DNA of 64,000 nucleotides from Octopus vulgaris (Eukaryota): NCBI GenBank assembly GCA_951406725.2, contig OX597819.1, positions 77,314,001-77,378,000 on the forward strand, written 5' to 3'. The first letter of the stretch is position 1, and each line of letters begins with the position of its first letter. The translations under genes were made by a program, and so were the position numbers. Shown here in pieces: positions 59,077 through 64,000 of the stretch. Below the pieces are notes generated by a model. That model did not search any database. It was not told the DNA's origin and was given only the letters and a program-made list of their open reading frames with translations.

Positions 59077-61536
59077 ATGTATAGAGTTGATTACGATATT
59101 TATAGCAAATTAATTAGGAAGGAACTAAACTCCAAATATAAAATTACGACTAAGAACAATTTGAAAAAAGTAAACATGGAAATGAAAGAGATCATGGAGA
59201 AACTAAATTTAACGGATAGAACGGAGCCACTTAAACCGTGTGAGCCCAGGATCAACCTTAAAGACCACAAAAAGAACTTCTTGGAAAACCCTTCGGTAAG
59301 GCTGATCTGTCCAACTAAGTCGGACATTGGCCGACTTAGTAAATCTATCCTGGATACTGTTCTACCCCAAATAACCCCCCTTCTCCCCTTAAACCTATGG
59401 CTAAGTATGGACGAAGTTCTAAAATGGTTTAACTCTCTAAATAATACTAGTAGTCTGTCCTTTATTCAGTTCGATATTAATAGTTATTACTCTATTATTT
59501 CCCCTATCTTACTCAACAAATCACTAATATTTGCCATGAATCGCTCCCTCATATCTAGAGAAGAAATCAATATTGTGCTACTAGCTAGGAAGACATTTAT
59601 AGAATTTGAAGATAAATTATGGACTAGAGCAGATACACCTAATGTTTTTGATATACCAATGGGTTCCAGTGATTCGGCTGAGGTAACCAACCTAGTAGGC
59701 GCATATCTATTAAAATGCATAAGCAAGGATATCCCAGAAATACAGGGGGGTCTATATAGGGATGATGCTCTGTTTGTTATCCCTAGTAATAATAAATCTG
59801 TTATAGAAAGGATTAGAAAGAAAATTAATAAGTTCTTTAAGGATTTCAACCTCAGTATAACGTATGAACCGGGCACTAAAATAGTTAACTTCCTAGATAT
59901 TACGCTAGACCTGAACTCCAAGCTACATTACCCATTTAGAAAGGAAGGCGAAATCACGAATTACGTAAATAAATTATCAAATCATCCCCCAAATATAATA
60001 GAATCTTTAGTAAGAAATATTTCATTAAGAATTTCAAAATTATCATCCAATAAGGATATATTTAACTCCCATTCTGAGCATTATAATGCGGCGTTAACCA
60101 AGGCTGGATACAACCAAAAGATTACATTCGTTGATAAGGGGAACTCATGTATTCCTAATAATGAAGTTATCAGTAATCACGTAAGCAGCAATACAGACCA
60201 AGCCCGAAATAAAAGTAGAATTAAATTAACGGTAAACGCTAATCTAGCGTACAGGCCCAACAATTCAAATAGAAGCATTGACCAGAAAATAGGTAAATCG
60301 GATAATATCGAAGTAGATAAACCTAAGATGCACACAAATAAAAATAAAAATAATGGTAATAAATACAATAACTCCGGTGAGATGAATAGTAGTAATTCTA
60401 ATAACCCTAAATTTAATAAAAAAGATATATCATGGCTGAATATTCCTTTCAACTGTGCGATACAATCGGATATACAGAACAAATTCAAAGTAATTCTGGA
60501 AAAAAATTTCCCTATCTCTCATAGATATCATAGAATTATTTCTAGGAAAACAGTTAGGATTTCTTATTCAACCCTCCCAAATATGTCCACTTTAATAGCT
60601 AAGATTAATAATAACAACATTAAACTAGCCAGGAAAGATAGAAATAAAAATAATAATATCAGCATGAATACCAATAGCAATTATAATAATACTACCAACA
60701 ATAAAAACAGCAATAGTAACTATCAAAACATAGGTGAAATTAGTAACCACAGAATGACTAATAACATTAACATTAATAGTAATAATAACAATGCCGATAT
60801 TAATAGAAGTAATAATGTTAATAATAGAAATAATAGAAATAAGGCTAATGGAGAAAATAAGGAGAATGAAAATATCAGTGATATCTATAACAACAATATG
60901 CAGTCGGATAAAAAGACTAACAATAATAGTAACATTACCAATAATATAAGAAATCATGGTAGGACTTTAGACCTAAATGATGAAACAGAAGGATCAATAA
61001 ATAATAGCAATACTTTAGATATCAGCACTAACTATAGAAATGATAATCAAAGTAATAGGAACCTAAGACATCTACCCAAGAATAATCCAAAGCCTGAAGT
61101 TGTTCCTCCTGTGTGTAAGTGTAGAATAAAATCAAAATGCCCGGCACCTGGTCTATGTGGGGAAAATAATGTAATCTATAAATGTACCATATCCACGGAG
61201 AATAACAAATATTTTTACATTGGATGTACAATTAATTTTCTTTCTAGAGTTAGAAATCACATCTCGTCTTTTAAATTACGTCATAAAGCTGGTACCACCA
61301 CACTTTCAAACAAAATCTGGGAACTCAAAAATAATAATAATAATTATAACCTTAATTGGGAAATAGTTAGGAGAGCAATTCCGTACAAAAATAGTAGGGT
61401 TGGTTGCCAACTATGCTCCATGGAGACGTATGAAATTCTAAAGCATAGAAAACATAGAAACTTATTGAATAACCATATCGAACTAGGTCAAGTTTGTGTC
61501 CACGCTAAATTGAAGACTTTAAAATATTTTAAATGA
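59077..61536 (+). CDS. PLE reverse transcriptase / GIY-YIG endonuclease
   Basis: 819-aa ORF with FIQFDINSYY, PMGS, GLYRDD, FLDITLDL, HPP, CKC..CP...C linker, VIY...YIG, RxxxH, CQLCSME and LLN. The frame stays open upstream through PADKTGN to the inversion junction near 58945, so the listed Met is internal. Confidence 0.93.
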   Translation: MYRVDYDIYSKLIRKELNSKYKITTKNNLKKVNMEMKEIMEKLNLTDRTEPLKPCEPRINLKDHKKNFLENPSVRLICPTKSDIGRLSKSILDTVLPQITPLLPLNLWLSMDEVLKWFNSLNNTSSLSFIQFDINSYYSIISPILLNKSLIFAMNRSLISREEINIVLLARKTFIEFEDKLWTRADTPNVFDIPMGSSDSAEVTNLVGAYLLKCISKDIPEIQGGLYRDDALFVIPSNNKSVIERIRKKINKFFKDFNLSITYEPGTKIVNFLDITLDLNSKLHYPFRKEGEITNYVNKLSNHPPNIIESLVRNISLRISKLSSNKDIFNSHSEHYNAALTKAGYNQKITFVDKGNSCIPNNEVISNHVSSNTDQARNKSRIKLTVNANLAYRPNNSNRSIDQKIGKSDNIEVDKPKMHTNKNKNNGNKYNNSGEMNSSNSNNPKFNKKDISWLNIPFNCAIQSDIQNKFKVILEKNFPISHRYHRIISRKTVRISYSTLPNMSTLIAKINNNNIKLARKDRNKNNNISMNTNSNYNNTTNNKNSNSNYQNIGEISNHRMTNNININSNNNNADINRSNNVNNRNNRNKANGENKENENISDIYNNNMQSDKKTNNNSNITNNIRNHGRTLDLNDETEGSINNSNTLDISTNYRNDNQSNRNLRHLPKNNPKPEVVPPVCKCRIKSKCPAPGLCGENNVIYKCTISTENNKYFYIGCTINFLSRVRNHISSFKLRHKAGTTTLSNKIWELKNNNNNYNLNWEIVRRAIPYKNSRVGCQLCSMETYEILKHRKHRNLLNNHIELGQVCVHAKLKTLKYFK

Positions 61537-62998
61537 TTAGAATATTCGTAACTAGATAGATAGATATAACTTGATTTCTACTAGTATAACACTGCTTTAA
61601 GTAGATAACTAAGAGTTCTCACACTACAGTTATCTTTTTCCTTATATCTGCATCAGTTTTTTTTGAGAACAGGGAAATGAATAGTACTTATACGCTGCTT
61701 AATTGAGGCTTTATTTAATTTCAAACTCATAATTTTAAATTCTTAATTTTAAATCTTAATTGTAATTTGTAATTTTAATTCCTAACTTAATCTAATTTAA
61801 GTAGCATAACTCTAATAAAATAAAATGAGTTACTATAGCCCCATAATTCTATTTCAAAATTAAATAAATAAGGCTACTCCCTCGGTGATAATATGATTAT
61901 CTTCATTATGATAGACAATCCCCTAACACCTTGTAAATGATCTTCTAAGATTTGACCTGTAGTCCGTCAATGTATGAATAATAAAGGCAACTCCTTAAGA
62001 CAATATAATGAATAAATTAAATAAGTAAACTTTAATGACTTTTTGATAAGATTATACTTAGATTTTCCTAATGTATTTTCTTTTGATTTTAGCATCTGAC
62101 CCCTAAACCCCTGACTGTGTTATCTCTTTAGATTCTCTTTAAATTCATAGCTGATTTCAACAGCAATAAATTAGCTGTTTTACTGGTCAAAGAATAATAT
62201 TCTCCTCTAGTTCCTAGATGCCTGTAAATTAAAACCAGACTTGCCGTCTGCTAATTCTTCTGTATAACTAGAACCCTCTTTTTTTTCTTTTCTTTTTTCT
62301 TTTTTTCCCTTCTTTCCCTATTTCTTTCTCTTTTCTCTTTTTTCTTTTTCTTCTTCCTATTCTCTTTTTCCTTTTCTCTTCTCTTTTAGTCCCTCTCCCC
62401 CCCTTTTTTGCTCCCTCCTCCTTTATTTTCTCTCTTTTCTTCTATTCCCTCCCCTTTTCTATTCTTTGCCTCTCTAGAAAGCCCTTCAGCCTTTAAAAGT
62501 TAAATAGCTACAGCCTCTTGTAAATAGCAGTAATGTGATTAATGTGGCAAATACCTAATCATATAACAAGAATTGATACCTACCTCATTGTGTTCAACCA
62601 TTGATAAATTTATCGCCTGTGAATATGAAATTCCTCTTCATTTCTCTGGAAATTTACATCTACACCATTGGAAATTGTGCATCTATACAAAGGATTAATT
62701 CACCCTCTCTGTAATGCTAATAAGCAGGAATTGAGACCCACCTCGTTGTGATTAACAATGGATAAATTTGTCGTCTGTGAGTATGTAATCCCTCATCATA
62801 TCTCTGGAAATTCATATGTGCACTATGGATTAGGTCACCTTCTCTGTGATGCTGTTAAAACTTTTTTAAATTCTGTGATAAGACTGTACATCATCTTTAA
62901 AGAACTTTAATGAACTTTGGAAATCTGTTTATGTTACTTAATTATCTACTTCATGAGTATAGCCTCAACCAATAGGATGTCTAGAGAACTCACATGTA

Positions 62999-63089
62999 TT
63001 TTAGCTGATGAGTACAGGACACGTTTATATGGTGTAATTTTTGCAACTTTTAATAAAGCCTGTCCTTGTATGAAACGATTGTACTAAAA
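62999..63089 (+). ncRNA. Type I hammerhead ribozyme (minimal stem III) in PLE terminal repeat
   Basis: Stem I TTTTAG/CTAAAA; CTGATGA at 63005-63011; stem II GTACAGGACA/TGTCC(T)TGTAT; GAAA at 63072-63075; C-GATT-G-TA. Predicted cleavage after A63083. Confidence 0.85.
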
Positions 63090-63236
63090 ACCTATCCATT
63101 CTTGTTGCTTCTTTCTCGCTTATAATCACCCCACATTACTGTATTGTTAAAACAGTATAGTTTTTTTTGGTGCATCTAAGTTAGGTACCATATTCAAGTA
63201 AATTCATTTAAATTAACTTGAATCTTTATTGCTTTT

Positions 63237-63400
<164 letters not shown>

Positions 63401-63408
63401 TACATATA

Positions 63409-63494
<86 letters not shown>

Positions 63495-63534
63495 TATATA
63501 TTTATATATATGCATACATATATATATATATATG

Positions 63535-63598
<64 letters not shown>

Positions 63599-63604
63599 TA
63601 CATA

Positions 63605-63658
<54 letters not shown>

Positions 63659-64000
63659 GGAGTAAACACATAAATGTGAAACAAGGTGGAAAAAAGAGTA
63701 CTCAAATACCAGGGGTAGAGTAATATGCTTTATTTAAAAGCAGCAGAAATTCAACAAAACCTGTTACTCGGAGTTACTCTCATTCTAATTATATCAGCGA
63801 GTTTTCAAATACCTATCTAATTTTTGTATTCCTATCTCTGTCCACGTTAATTTAGAAATGTAATTATGAATATATGAATGTATATTTATGTATATTTTAT
63901 TTATATTGTCTTATTGTATCTAGTTTGCCTTTGAATTTTAGTGAAAATATGTAGTTGTATTGTATGTGAATGTACAGGACTACATAATTATTCACTCACA

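Noticed and set aside
59100-61231. Minus-strand ORFs overlapping the PLE ORF
   Set aside because: Antisense shadows of a real coding frame; no motifs.
61534-61536. TGA at the end of the Naiad ORF as possible selenocysteine (some Naiads are selenoproteins)
   Set aside because: The conserved Cys positions use TGT/TGC, and the TGA falls after the expected C-terminal motif. No SECIS could be confirmed by eye.

Overview
AT-rich, microsatellite-dense animal DNA, most likely an octopus (inferred from the SINE families and repeat landscape). One 100-N scaffold gap lies at 16575-16674. The only host gene I can support is a minus-strand SLC6 monoamine transporter with serotonin-transporter (SLC6A4/SERT) signature motifs. 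Three exons are visible (34091-34286, 4531-4630, 1230-1330), the last with an apparent GC splice donor, and the TM2-TM9 exons were not found. The rest is transposable elements: CR1-like, L1/Tx1-like and R4/Dong-like LINE pieces, mariner, DD37D and Tc1-like relics, several MITEs, and many tRNA-derived SINEs. The most interesting signal is a Penelope-like element (PLE) system. A young Naiad-type PLE (58.7-63.2 kb) has an uninterrupted RT + GIY-YIG ORF, Asn-rich inserts and a hammerhead ribozyme in inverted terminal repeats. Several short non-coding fold-back elements share its architecture (TA-microsatellite flanks, 3' tail, hammerhead core with an expanded stem II, inverted copy), and two of them also share its terminal sequence motif. 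Nearly all short ORFs in the supplied track are microsatellite artefacts. Repeat boundaries were read by eye and are approximate unless a TIR or TSD is quoted.
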